Source: Macrostomum lignano
Taxonomy: Eukaryota
DNA length: 64,000 nt
Direction of reading: 5' to 3'
NCBI GenBank assembly: GCA_002269645.1
Contig: NIVC01000631.1
Location: 17,122-81,121, forward strand
In this document: in pieces, positions 1 through 14,300 of the stretch
Layout of the letters: every line of letters begins with the position of its first letter
Numbering within the stretch: position 1 is the stretch's first letter
Notes under the pieces: model-generated
Database searches by the model: none
The model's input: the letters and a program-made list of their open reading frames with translations, nothing else
What the model was told of the DNA's origin: nothing
Program-made: the position numbers and the translations under genes

Positions 1-2890
1 GTTTATCTTCAGTTAGTGCTTTTAGGTCTATACTTTCTAGTTTCTTTAGTACATTCATTTTCCATGGATTTTTTTGGCCGGTGTTTGAGTAGAAAATTTC
101 TAGAGTCGTTTGGCAGAGTTTTTTGTGTCTAATCTTCAGCCAGTAGATGAGGTAGGTTTTAGCGATTCGTTGAGAGATTGGAGTAAGCTCAAGTTCTGAT
201 GATACCACACTGTTGCTAGCAAATTTTGGTAGATTGAGGAGATATTTGTAGAATTTCAGCTGAATATTATCAATAGCTTTTGTATCAGACATGGTAGCCA
301 GAGGGCCCCAGAGCTCACAACCGTAAGTGATAACGGGGGTAACAAGCGCGTCAAATAGTCTGCGAATGAGTGTGATGTCTAGGGACGTATTCTTTACCCT
401 ATGGAGTAGGGAAAACATGGCTGTATATCCCTGCTTAGTTTGGTGTTCAATACATTTTTTAAAGCTGTTTTTTGGTTCAAAAATAATTCCCAGGTATTTA
501 AATTCATTTACTTCCTCTATTTCTTGGTTGTCGTAGTATATTTTTGTAGCAATGCTTTCTGTGTCGTTTTTTTGTCTGGTATTGCCCTGCATGAACTTTG
601 TTTTGCTTGCGTTTACTTTAAAGTAATTTTGTTTGCAGTAATTTTCCATAGTCGTAAGTGTGTCTTGAAGTTCGTCTTTGTTTTTAGCTAGAATGGCTTG
701 ATCGTCTGCAAAGAGTAGGATGAGTGGGAAAGCAGATCTCGTAAGAGAGCGCCTAGCGCTAGAGAGTTCAAGATATTCAACAATGTCGTCAATATATAGT
801 TCAAAAAGGATGGTAGAGAGAGGGTTGCCTTGAAGAACACCTTTAGATATTGGGATTGGCTGGGTTTCATCATCATCATCATCATTTTTTAGAATGAAGC
901 AGGCATTTTTATGCATGTTCTTGATAAGTTCCGTCATTTGACCTTTAATACCCTGGTTATCCGTTTTGTGCCAAAGGGTTGGTTGATTTAAGCTATCGAA
1001 GGCTTTTTCATAGTCAACAAATCCAATAAAGAGTTCTTCTTTGTTGTAGATGGATTGGTTTATAATGTTGTAAAGATTAAAACATTGGTCGATTGTGCTG
1101 TGATTGGGCTTGAAACCGTATTGGTATTTTGATATAAGATTGTTTGCGTATGCTAGGTTTTCGAGTCTGGATTTAATAATTTGGCAAAAGAGCTTGCCAA
1201 GAATTGGTTGAATGCAGATTCCTCTGTAATTGTTGGGGTCGGCACTGCTGCCTTTGTTTTTATAAATCGGATGAAGTGTATTTGTTATCCAACTAGTTGG
1301 GAAGGTTCCTTGTTTGAGTGCTTCGTTGAAAAGTGAGCATAGGAGGTCAGCAAGTTCGTTCTCGAGGTATTTGAGTGTTTCTACATATACTTTATCGTGC
1401 CCAGGTGCTTTGTCGGTTTTGAGCTTTTTAATATGTTTTATAACTTCTTCTTTGGTGAATGGGGCATTGAAATCCTCTAAATCAGCCAGAATAGGGTTGT
1501 CAAGGTGAAGATTGTATGATAGTCTAATGCTGCTGTCTTGTTCAGTTACAAGATTTTGAAAGTGTATGATAAATTTTTCATCAATTGTTACTCTGTTGTT
1601 TGAGGGATTTGGTGTTTTTAATAAGTTCCAAAGTTGTTTTGTATCGTTTTGAATAAAGGCTTGGTTGATCATGTTGTCTGCACAGAGAGTTGTTTCAAAT
1701 TTCCATGAAGTGAGCTTTTTTTCGTATGCTTTTTTGAGTTGTACTTTGCTTGAGAGGTTGTTGGGAGTAGGGAAGGTTTTATATCTTCTGCAGGCATGTC
1801 TAGCAGCGTTTCTTAAATCTTTAAGGAAGCGAGGCAGTGTTGAGCATAGTGGGTTCTTTATCTCTACTGTGATGTTGTTTTGAATTTGTCTAACTTTTCT
1901 ACTTAATTCATTTATAAAAGCTGGGTTTTGTATGTCTAGATTTGTGATTTTGTCATTCATGTTTTTCAGGTCATTTGCGAAGTTATTGATATGTTTTTCT
2001 TGTTGCAGGTTGGGTTTATGTGACTTTTTTAGGACTCTATATCTCGTTTTCGAGTTATTGGTTGCTTGTTTAGTTTCTGTGATTTCCTCTGTGAATTCAC
2101 TTGATAGGGAGAGCACTATTTGGTTGTGGTCGCTAAAGTAGGTGTGGTTCTTTACTTTAAAGTCTTCGAGGTGTTGGAGTAAGCTGGTAGAGACGAAACA
2201 GAGATCTATAACAGAGGAACCAGATTTTGAGAGAAAGGTGAATTCACCATTTGTGTCTGATAATGATCTACCATTGATTAGATGCAGGTTGTATGAGTCA
2301 GTAATCTGGTTAAGTAGTCTACCATTTTTGCAGGTTTTCTTGTCTTGGCTTTGTCTAGTAAGTGAGATGTTTTTTGCTCTGGTGGTATATATTGAATTTA
2401 AATCTATGTATGAGGTATTGTTTATATGAGCATTGAAGTCTCCAATAAGGAAGATGTTTTCTTCGGAGTGGTAAGCATCCAGGAGAATTGTTAACTGTTC
2501 CCAATTTTCTTCTTCATAATATTTTGAAGACAGTGGGGGTATATAGGAGTTTATTAAGGTAAAGCTTTTGTTTTTATCCTTTTTGTGTTTAAAATTTAGT
2601 GTCAAGAAGTTTTTATAATGTTTGAATGATTCTGTAACATTGTATTGTGTATCTAGTGACTTTTTGTAAGCTGTTAATAATCCACCAGAAGCTCTGCCAA
2701 TGAATTTACAGCCTTTTTTGTTTGCAGGCTTTTGGTATGTCATGTAGTTTTCAGACAGGTTGTTGATTTTGAGTCGCTTGTTTTCATTTTTTGTGTCTAT
2801 TATCCAAGTTTCTTGAAGGCAGAGAATATTATTCTTAAAAATTGATTCAGTTTCCAGTAGTTCAAGTTTGGGAATCATCACAGAGTCTTT
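1..2890 (-). mobile_element. Non-LTR retrotransposon ORF2 (APE endonuclease + reverse transcriptase), disrupted, runs off the window start
   Basis: Minus-strand translation gives ILCLQETW (~2820), FLIGDFNAH (~2440), KAPGHDK (~1400), KAFDSLN (~1000), KGVLQGNPLS (~830), LLFADDQA (~705) and FKYLGI (~495) in the canonical order. The ORF track shows no long ORF, so it is broken by indels or stops. Confidence 0.9.
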
Positions 2891-3145
2891 TATTGTGTAA
2901 AGTCCATTGATATTCCAGCTGCTAATAGTAAATTTTTCTTTATCAATTTTTTGGATAATATTAAATTCAAGGAGTTTTGATTTGATATTGTAAGGAATTT
3001 TTTTGATCTTTTGAGCATTGTTATTTCTAATAGAAATGAGGTACTCTCTAGTGTATTGTATCCGCTTTTCATTTGCCTGGATAATATTTTGACTATTTTG
3101 ACCATTAAGTGTTGGGGTATTTAAGTCACAGTTTACAGAGGAAGT

Positions 3146-3650
3146 TCAGTAGGTTTTAATGAAGGGAACTCCCCTCTTATAGCCAATTCGGATGTTTTTC
3201 TCACCATTTTCTTGACGAGTCTTAAGCTCTTTAACAATCTTCTGCTTAAATGCCCGTTCCTTTTCTGTTAAGTCGTTCTCGATCCGAATACGGGAGTAGG
3301 CAGAGCCAGTTTCGCGCAGGTTTCTCAGATTACCGAAGAAGGCCGCTTTGTCGCTATCGTTGACCAGCCGAACAACGAGGGGCCTTGGTCGATTGCTGAG
3401 AGGTTGTTCGCGACCGATCCGCCTGGTGGCGACAATTGGGACAGTTGCGGGGGACATTTTGAGCCCATCCTGCATAAAGTCCTCGAGCTTAGCGTCTTCT
3501 TGGAGTCCAAAAACTATGATGTTATTCTTCTTTATACCGCGCTGCCTGACTTCCTCCACGATTTCATCAAAGCTGATGTCGTAGGTGACAGTTTGCTTCC
3601 CGCTCTCAATCGACTCTAGCTCTTCTATGCGTTCTTCGAGGGCCGTCAGC
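3146..3650 (-). mobile_element. ORF1 C-terminal part of the same LINE (L1/CR1/L2-type RRM+CTD), 5'-truncated
   Basis: ORF 3146-3559: NIIVFGLQE...RRIGR...RPRPLVVRL...IRIENDLTEKER, typical ORF1 motifs; directly upstream of ORF2 on the same strand. Confidence 0.8.
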
Positions 3651-5399
3651 TTTAATTATAACCCCCACCCCCCACCACCCTTGAATAGAGGGCGAAATAA
3701 TTCCGTAAAATAATTTAACGTGCGAAACTACAGGATAGCCGTTAGGCCTAGCATGCCTACAGCCTACTCTAATTATTTTTAAGTTTCAGAGGATAGAAAC
3801 ATGCATACATTAGTCATTTTTTACTTTTAATATCTATTCTGTTCAGTACTTTCACTTTTTCGTTTTTCAGTTGCACATCATGTTGATTTCTTCGTACTTG
3901 TACTTAGGACTTTTAAATATTTTCAGAATTCCCCGCCTGCCCAGGCATCAAGCATGCAGTTCCAGGAAACCAAAAAAACAAATCAACGTCTTACTCGCCA
4001 AATAAGTTACTTTCTGATCTTTTCATGCTAAGAAGTAAGACCGTCTATTTTTAAAAGTTCATAAAAAAGTTGTTGTTTATCATTTTGCACATAGCTAACT
4101 GTAGTAATTTGTTTTAATGATTTGAACGTGTTTTAGCTTACTCCATGGAGATTCATGAATATAACTGGATCGCCAGAAGCTTGATTTTTTCGGTTTCATT
4201 CATAGGCGAGTATCAGCTTGTCTTACTGTGACTAAATCTTACGTCAAATGTTTTTTGCATAATTGCAAATTGCAAATTGCAAATTAACATATAATTATTT
4301 GCAATTAGGCTTATTACTATTTAGTAATGTCGCCCAGCTAGCAAGTGCCAGCAAGCAGGCACACGCTGTTTGATCGAACAAGCTCGGGGGCGGGGGGCAG
4401 TCAGTGGCGGTCAGGGGGTCAGGCCGATGCTCAGAAGGTCCTCCATCAATGTGGCTCGCAGGGCTTGTGGAATCATATTGAATTACATGTGCAGGCTTCC
4501 ACAGCTCCCATGCAAATATAGATGAGTTTCCAAAGGATGCGTATGTGTGGAATTATTACTTTGACCTATGACAGAATAACACCAGACCAATGTCACGGCT
4601 GACTAGCAAAAATTATTTTGTCTTTTAGAAAATTTATCATTGAAAAAATAAAAAGAAAAAGGCAGCTAACACCGAGTTTATACTCAACTCTTCAACTCTT
4701 TTGCATTGTAAATGAAAAAAGAAAACGTAATTAAGCAGTAGCTCGTTTAACCGCGGGTGATAAATAAAATATGGTTATAACGAGTTTTCGTATATTTCTA
4801 ATACATAAAGTCCCGTTGATTTATATCAACAGGTGAAAAGGCATGCGTTCGTTATCGATGGTTAGCTACGAGGCTTTGAGAAGACTGATGAAGGGAGTGT
4901 ATCTTCATCCGAATGCGTGTAAGCTAAAATAAGAATCTGCTATATAACAGCTCAGTAGCAAATAGGCATAGAAAGAAATAAATATCTACAGTTAATGGCA
5001 TGTAACACATGCAATGGCAGCAGATAAAAATTATCCTCTAGTAGCTTTACTCGAGCTAACGTGCTGCAGGTTTCAAACACGTTATACGAGTTTTAGCTAG
5101 CTACTGCAATTCCAGCCGGTCAAAACAATAATAACAAAAAGGCGACAGAGAAATTACGCATTTACGAAAGTGTAGTAGCACTCAAAAAATGAAAGATCAA
5201 ATTCGCAAATATTATACAAAGTGAGGAAGTTTACATTTTGACCAAATTTTCTTTTGAAAAAAATACTCCTTGAAACTGGCTTTGATTGGCTGTCGATGTA
5301 TCGGAGTGAGAAAGCCAATCATGCATTAGGTCCTGGGTAGTAACCATCGCTACCCTGGTGAAGTTTTCTTAAGCACTACGAGCTACACTTGTCTGTAGG

Positions 5400-8300
5400 T
5401 TACAGCACGCTGGCGGAGCAGTTCTCACCCTCGGGCTCGCGCACAAAGGAGCTCCGACAGCACAGCAGAACGCTCTCGTCTTCAATAATACAGTCGCCGC
5501 TGCCTCCGGGACCGGCGTCAACTGCGCTGGCGTTGCTGTTGGGATCAACGTCGCCTCCTCTCTCACCAGCAGCCGCAGACTCTTCGCCGTTGTCGTCCGT
5601 GTCTTCTTCTTCTTCTTCACCGGCGTCGTCGTCGTCGTCGTCACCGTCGTCGTCGTCGCTGGCGCTGATCGCTGCGGCGCCGGCGCCACTCGGTCTGTCG
5701 CGAATGTGATTGCAGCGCAATGCTTTTCATAAGAATGTATTATTAATCGCACTGCTTTGATTTCGTAGATAGCCGCACGAAAATATGAGACCAATAGCCT
5801 CACCAATATGGCTAATAGCGTCACCAATATGGCTAATAGCGTCACCAATATGGCTAATAGTGTCACCAATAAGGCTAATAGTGTCACCAATATGGTTAAT
5901 GGCGTCACCAATATGGCTAATAGCGTCACCAATATGGCTAATAGCGTCACCAATATGGCTAATAGCGTCACCAATATGGCTAATAGCGTCACCAATATGG
6001 CTAATAGCGTCACCAATATGGCTAATAGCGTCACCAATATGGCTAATAGCGTCACCAATAAGGCCAATATAGCGTCACCAATAGGGCTAATAGCGTCACC
6101 GATACGGCTAATAGCGTCACCGATACGGTTAATAGCATGGCCAGTGTGACAAATAAACATGATCAGTATCACTACTACAACAAAAAGCGTGGCTAATATC
6201 ACTATGACCTCTATGACCAATAGCTGGGCTACATTGAGCAGTTGCCAATAGTATACCAATGTGATCAATTCATTTGGTAAATATTATGTATAATCTAAAT
6301 ATGTATAATATTTACCAAGCTGACAATAATATCCAATTTATGACCAATAGCATGATAAAAATGACGCTATTCATGATCAATATAAGCAGCTAACCTGAAA
6401 ACCTTCCTCCTTCGGCCAGCTCTGCCCGAACCGGCGGCAGCCGACGACGCCGCCGATGCCGGCTGCTGCGCTGGCGGCGGATCCGCGCCCGGCGCCTCGC
6501 CCTGCGCCCAACGGAGAATCGCTTCGCCAAGCCTGGCGCCCATCTCCTCCAGCTCGCGGGTGCCCAGATGGCAGCCACGGTAGGGTCCCTGGTCGCAGCA
6601 GCTGTACGAGGCCTCCAAAGTGTAGGCGCGCAGGATGCCGAGGTGGCGCCAGGCGACAACGCGAGCCGTGGACTCCTTGGAGCGGTCCACCTGGGGCGGG
6701 TCGATGGGTACAGAGTGTTGAGTTTTGCACGGAACTATGGAACTTTGAATGCCGCAATGGGAAGGATCCGCTCACACAACAGGACCCACACACAACTGGA
6801 GAACCCGCTCACACAACTGGAGAACCCGCTCACACAACTGGAGAACCCGCTCACACAACTGGAGAACCCGCTCACACAACAGGAAAACTCGCTCACACAA
6901 CAGGAAAACTCGCTCACACAACAGGAGAACCCGCTCACACAACAGAACCCGCTCACACAACAGGAAAACCCGCTCACACAACAGGAAAACCCGCTCACAC
7001 AACAGGAGAACCCGCTCACACAACAGAACCCGCTCACACAACAGAACCCGCTCACACAACAGAATTCTCTCACACAACAGAATTCGCTCACACAACAGAA
7101 TTCGCTCACACAACAGGAGAACCCGCTCACATAACCCGCTCACATAATGGGAGAACCCACTCACACAATGGGAGAACCCACTCATACAATGGGAGAACCC
7201 ACTCACACAACAAGAGAACCCGCTCACACAACAAGAGAACCCACTCACACAACAGGAGAACCCGCTCACACAACAAGAGAACCCGCTCACACAACAAGAG
7301 AACCCGCTCACACAACAAGAGAAACCACTCACACAACAAGAGAACCTGCTCACACAACAGCACAGAGAGACACATCAAAGTCTGCACCGCACCTTGAAGT
7401 TGCAGTTCCGCCAGGCAAACGCGGGGGCCATCTGAGCCAGAAGTCGCGGCAACTCCCGATATCCGGGATCCTCAATCCAAACGCCTCCTCCGGGGCCGCC
7501 GCTGACTGGTCTGACGCCGTTGTCATCGCGACGAGCTTCATTGTCGTTAGCCGGAGGTTCAGCGGCCAGCCAGCCGGGATTGTCGCGGTCATCAGGCAGC
7601 CAGCTAAGGCTGGGGGAGCAGCCGAACATGAAGACGTTGTTGTGACGGGAGTGGCCGTGACAGTCGATGTACACAACTGGGCGGCGGCCGGACGAGCATA
7701 GGTAGCTCATGAGGCCCTGAGGGATAGCCAATCAACTAATAGCATTATCGATTAATCACCCGATCAACGAATCACCCGATCAGCTAATCATCTAGTCAAC
7801 TAATCACACGATTAACTAATTGCCCGATCAACTAATTGCCCGATCAACTAATTACCCCATCAATTAATCACCCGATCAACTAATTATCCGATCAACTAAT
7901 CACCTGATCAACTAATTACCCGATCAACTAATCACCTGATCAACTAATTACCCGATCAACTAATTATCTGTTTAACTAATCATCTAGTCAACTAATCACC
8001 CGATCAACTAATCACCCGATCAACTAATCATCCGATCAACTAATCACCCGATCAACTAATCACCCGATCAACTAATCATCCGATCAACCAATCACCCGAT
8101 CAACTAATTATCTGTTTAACTAATCATCTAGTCAAATAATCACCCGATCAACTAATCACCCGATCAACTAATCATCCGATCAACTAATCACCCGATCAAC
8201 TAATCACCCGATCAACTAATCATCCGATCAACCAATCACCCGATCAACTAATTATCTGTTTAACTAATCATCTAGTCAAATAATCACCCGATCAACTAAT

Positions 8301-11300
8301 CACCCGATCAACTAATCACCCGATCAACTAATCACCCGATCAACTAATCACCCGATCAACTAATCACCCGATCAACTAATCACCTGATCAACTAATTACC
8401 CGATCAACTAATTATCTGTTTAACTAATCATCTAGTCAAATAATTACCCGATCAACTAATCACCCGATCAACTAATCACCCGATCAACTAATCATCCGAT
8501 TAACTAATCACCCGATCAACTAATCACCCGATCAACTAATCACCCGATCAACTAATTACCCGATCAACTAATCACCCGATCAACTAATTACCCGATCAAC
8601 TAATTATCTGTTTAACTAATCATCTAGTCAAATAATCACCCGATCAACTAATCACCCGATCAACTAATCATCCGATCAACTAATCACCCGATCAACTAAT
8701 CACCCGATCAACTAATCATCCGATCAACCAATCACCCGATCAACTAATTATCTGTTTAACTAATCATCTAGTCAAATAATCACCCGATCAACTAATCACC
8801 CGATCAACTAATCACCCGATCAACTAATCACCCGATCAACTAATTACCCGATCAACTAATTACCCGATCAACTAATTACCCGATCAACTAATTACCCGAT
8901 CAACTAATCACCCGATCAACTAATCACCCGATCAACTAATTACCCGATCAACTAATTACCGATCAACTAATTACCCGATCAACTAATTACCCGATCAACT
9001 AATCACCCGATCAACTAATCACCCGATCAACTAATCACCCGATCAACTAATCACCCGATCAACTAATCACCTGATCAACTAATTACCCGATCAACTAATT
9101 ATCTGTTTAACTAATCATCTAGTCAAATAATTACCCGATCAACTAATCACCCGATCAACTAATCACCCGATCAACTAATCATCCGATTAACTAATCACCC
9201 GATCAACTAATCACCCGATCAACTAATCACCCGATCAACTAATTACCCGATCAACTAATCACCCGATCAACTAATTACCCGATCAACTAATTATCTGTTT
9301 AACTAATCATCTAGTCAAATAATCACCCGATCAACTAATCACCCGATCAACTAATCATCCGATCAACTAATCACCCGATCAACTAATCACCCGATCAACT
9401 AATCATCCGATCAACCAATCACCCGATCAACTAATTACCCGATCAACTAATTACCCGATCAACTAATTACCCGATCAACTAATTACCCGATCAACTAATC
9501 ACCCGATCAACTAATCACCCGATCAACTAATCACCCGATCAACTAATTACCCGATCAACTAATTACCCGATCAACTAATCACCCGATCAACTAATCACCC
9601 GATCAACTAATCACCCGATCAACTAATCACCCGATCAACTAATCACCCGATCAACTAATCACCCGATCAACTAATTACCCGATCAACTAATTATCTGTTT
9701 AACTAATCATCTAGTCAACTAATCACCCGATCAACTAATCACCCGATCAACTAATCACCCGATCAACTAATCACCCGATCAACTAATCACCCGATCAACT
9801 AATTATCTGTTTAACTAATCATCTAGTCAACTAATCACCCGATCAACTAATCACCCGATCAACTAATCAACCGATCAACTAATCAAGCAATTTCCAGCGC
9901 TCAGAATCAGTCACAAATCCATAGCGAGTCACCTTGGTGTGGTAAATCTCGGGATTCGCGGTTGCATTGGGCGCCAGCCAGGTCCTGTTGAGATCCACCA
10001 CGGCTAGGGAGCAGCGGTGATTGCCGTTGATCACTCCGTCGGGATTCAGCATTGGAGCGATTTTAAACACAAATCGACTGCGAAGGGTCCTGTTTGTGGG
10101 TCGGGGAATCGATCAGCAATCCGAAAAACTTGAAGGTTTCTCCTATTATAATGCATGCGTTTTATAGTAATTTTTAGCTATTAATAACGAGTAACACACG
10201 CGGCACTGTTATCCCTATGGTCTTTGTACACCAATAGACATCCGCTATCCCTATGGTCTTTTTACACCAATAGACATCCGCTGTCCCTATGGTCTTTGTA
10301 CACCAATAGACAACTGGCACAGACCGATAGCTAAGCCAAACATTTCACCTGGCAGCGGAGCTGAGCAGGTGGGCTACCAGGCCGCGCACAACCCAGCTGG
10401 CGTTGGCCTCGCCCGGATGCACCCGGCCGCTGATGAAGACGCACGGTCGCTGCTGCCGCGGCTCCTCGCTAGCTGACGCCGCGGTCACAGTCAGCAATGG
10501 CAGGCGGTTGCCGCCAAGCGACTGGCACAGCCACTGCTGATGATAAGCGATGCTGGCGTCCCGGCTGGCAAGGAGTCGCCAGTCGCGCAGGTCAGCCATC
10601 AGCCTGGAGTAGGTGTACGGCACATAGTAAGCCAAATAGCAGATATCGCCAGAGTGCCGGAATGCAATAGAAAACGATGCGGTGTAGTAAGGCTTAGTGC
10701 CGGCCTGCTTAGCGCGCTGGTAGTGGTTGCGATAGTAGCAGACTCGAGTGCCGACTCGCAACCAGTGCGGCCTGCCCAGCTGGGCCTCCCTGCTGCTGTA
10801 CATCAGCGGCCGCATGCCGCAATTGAACTGCGAGTTGGGCTTCTCGCAGTTGATAACGTTGAAACGATAGGCTGCCCCGGGCTGGACGTTGGCCAAGCGG
10901 AAGTAGAACCACTGCGTCTGGCCTCGGTGGCCAATGTCCGGGCACAGCAGCAGGTCGTATTCGCGTTCCCGGATCTGGATGGCTCGACGCAGATTGCCAG
11001 ACTCGAAGCGCGACTCAAATGTCAGGTGATCAACTGAGCCAGAGCCTATTGGGGACAGTTTCTCATCGCTGGCTGGTGGAGGCGGCTGGTGCTGCTGGTG
11101 CTGCTCAGCAACAATGGCATCAAGGTCGTAGACAACTCGGTTCAACACGTCGGACGGGTCGATCCACCTGGTCAGAAGCAGGTCGAGATGAGTGAATGCA
11201 TATGTACCTTAATGAGCAGTGAAATTGGGATCTTTTGTCTCAATACAAAATATAGAGATGTCAATTCAAAGAGCGGGGATGCCTATTTAAAGTGTAGGAA

Positions 11301-14300
11301 AGACAGATACACTGGTTCAATAAGCGGAGATGCCGATCCTTAAGCGGAGATGCAGATTCATTAAGCGGAGATGCAGATTCATTAAGCGGAGATGCCAATT
11401 CATTAAGCGGAGATGCCAATTCATTAAGCGGAGATGCAGATTCATCAAGCGGAGATGCAAATTCATTAAGCGGAGATGCCAATTCATTAAGCGGAGATGC
11501 CAATTCATTAAGCGGAGATGCCAATTCATTAAGCGGAGGATGCCAGTACATCAAGCGGAGATGCCGATTCATTAAGCGGAGGATGCCAGTACATCAAGCG
11601 GAGATGCCGATTCATTAAGCGGAGATGCCGATTCATTAAGCGGAGATGCAAATTCATTAAGCGGAGGATGCCAGTACATCAAGCGGAGATGCCGATTCAT
11701 TAAGCGGAGATGCCGATTCATTAAACGGAGATGCAGATTCAACAAACAGAGATACCGATTCAACAAGCAGAGAAACCGATTCAACAAACAGAGATACCGA
11801 TTCAACAAGCAGAGAAACCGATTCAACAAACAGAGATACCGATTCAACAAACAGAGAAACCGATTCAACAAACAGAGATACCGATTCAACAAACAGAGAA
11901 ACCGATTCAACAAGCAGAGATACCGATTCAACAAACAGAGATACCGATTCAACAAGCAGAGAAACCGATTCAACAAACAGAGATACCGATTCAACAAACA
12001 GAGAAACCGATTCAACAAGCAGAGATACCGATTCAACAAACAGAGATACCGATTCAACAAACAGAGATACCGATTCAACAAACAGAGATACCGATTCAAC
12101 AAACAGAGAAACCGATTCAACAAGCAGAGATACCGATTCAACAAACAGAGATACCGATTCAACAAACAGAGATACCGATTCAACAAACAGAGATACCGAT
12201 TCAACAAGCAGAGATACGGATTTAATAAGCAGAGAAGTCAATTAGCAACCTAAGTTTCTACTAAGAAGTTATCAAGCCAACCTTCTAGCATCGTCAAGCA
12301 TCAGCTCCATGGCGCATTCGCTTCGCCGAGTGCCGCAAGGCTCCCGATGCGGCGGCGGACTGACGCTGACCAGCTCCGGGCCAGCCGTGATGGCGAACTC
12401 CGCTACCGACCGGACGGCGGCTGCAGCTGGTGCAGGCGCTGCTGAAGTCGTCGCTGGCGATGGCTCCGGCCAGCCGCCGATGCTGCGGCTGCGAGCGAAC
12501 GGTTGAGCAGCGGCCGGAGCCAGCAGAGCCGACGTGGCCGACACAGACAGACGGCCGCCAATCTCAGTGGCCGACGCTGGCTCTGTCGGCTGTCCGAGGG
12601 CCAGCCCGTCCAGACTGGGCAGGCTTGGCGACGGCGTCAGTGGCGCAGTCGACGCCGGACAGCAGGTGCAGCAGTCGGACAGCTCGGGCTCCAAGTGGCC
12701 GTAGGCGGCGCGAAGCTCCTCGGCTGAGCGCGGATCCGCGCCTCCGACAGCCGCATCGTCGGCAAATTCGTCAGACGGCTGCTGTTGCTTCTGAACGTCG
12801 GCATCGTCCGAACTGTCGTCCTCGTCGCTGTTGACAGCGGCAGCAGCAGCCCCGGCGGCGGCGTCTGCTGAATCGTCCGACGCAACTGCGACTGCGGCTG
12901 CGGCGGAGCTGGTGGAGCTGACCAGCAGTTGGAGCAGCGCCGGTGTGTAAGGCGACAGCAGGCTGGGCGCCGGCAGGCATGCGCGGGGCGCGCTCTGACG
13001 CAGAATTATACAGGCGCCAGCGTTGAGGAGCTCGCCAGCTGAGGAGGCCGGGCCGGCCAAGCAGTGGCGGTAGAGGCTGGCCGGCCCGCCGGCCGAATGG
13101 AATGCAGCCCGGCCAGCCTTGCTGGCAGTGACATTGCGCAGGGTGTGGACAATCGCTCGCAACAGATAAGTGCGTTGCTGTTGCTGCCGCTGACGTGCGC
13201 TGGCAGAAGCGGCCGCCGTTGTAACCACAGAGGCATTCAGCAGCTCCACCAGCGTAGCCGCTGCGCCGCCAGTGATGGCGCGACTGGCATTGGCGCGCGC
13301 CCGGGTCAACTGGCTGAGCGCCTCCGCTGCGCGCCGCGCCGGACCGCCAGGCAGAGGCTGGCGCCGACCCGCGGCAGCTGCTGATGCGCCAGTGCTGGCG
13401 CCGCCAACACCGCGATGACTCTCGGACAGCAGGCGAAGTAGCAGCTGGACGGCGCCGTGTCGGCCAAGGCTGGTCGAGCTCTGCCGGCTGAGGGCGTAGG
13501 CGCGCAACAGCCGCAGGAGGCTCTCGGCGCCCCGAGTGGACAGTCCGTGGCGCAGGAGGCTCAGTACCACCGGGGCGCACTGGCACAGCCTGGCTTTGGT
13601 GGCCAGCCGTTTGTCTTTGGGCGCCAGCTTGGCGAGAACCTGAGAGTTGAGTAGATTAGACCAGCTTTTGTATATTTGTACTTATATGTGTTAGTCTATA
13701 TGTTTGTCTATACAACTATTATACCTGGCATTTTCTTGATACTTTACTTACATAAAAAAATAGCAGACTATTGCGTGCATAAAATCAATCATAAAGAACT
13801 TTTATTTGATGCTCTACTAACAGTAGAAAGATTGGGGAAATACGACAACAATAAAAACAAAGAAAATTTGTTGAATTACTGCCCCAGGTAAAAATATTAT
13901 ATCTTAATTGGTCACAACATCTGAAGGCTGCGCACGGCTGCTCAGTCCAGGGGGGGGGGGGCTTGCTCAAGGACACAAATTGTGCCAGTGGGATCGGGAA
14001 TCGAACACCCGACCTTCAAGTCGTGAGTCCGACGCTCTAACCACACCGGTTCGCTGACCGTGAGTCAATTTCAATTAAATATAATCTCAATCGTGGTGTT
14101 TAAGCCTGAGGAATCGCTTCTCTATTTGCAATGCTCACCAGGTGCAACTGCAGCAGCAGAGCCTCATTGGGCGTAGGGGACCGCCACTCCGATGCAATCG
14201 CCTGGCACACAGCCTGAGTGCCGCCCAGTTTAACAAAGATTCGCGCACGTTGGCCACTCTTTGTCTGACCGAGCAGCTCCAGTATGCAACTGACGGTGGC

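Noticed and set aside
5369-12241. Long ORFs over intronic minisatellites (299, 313, 211, 194 aa etc.)
   Set aside because: Unit lengths are multiples of 3 and lack stops, so several frames on both strands are open; they lie inside CCP introns.
12309-13654. Overlapping and antisense ORFs within the large CCP exon (and similar ones in LIAS and receptor exons)
   Set aside because: Shadow ORFs caused by GC-rich codon usage.
13960-14050. Functional tRNA gene (also considered at 61283-61360)
   Set aside because: A and B boxes are present, but no complete cloverleaf or terminator; both continue into SINE bodies.
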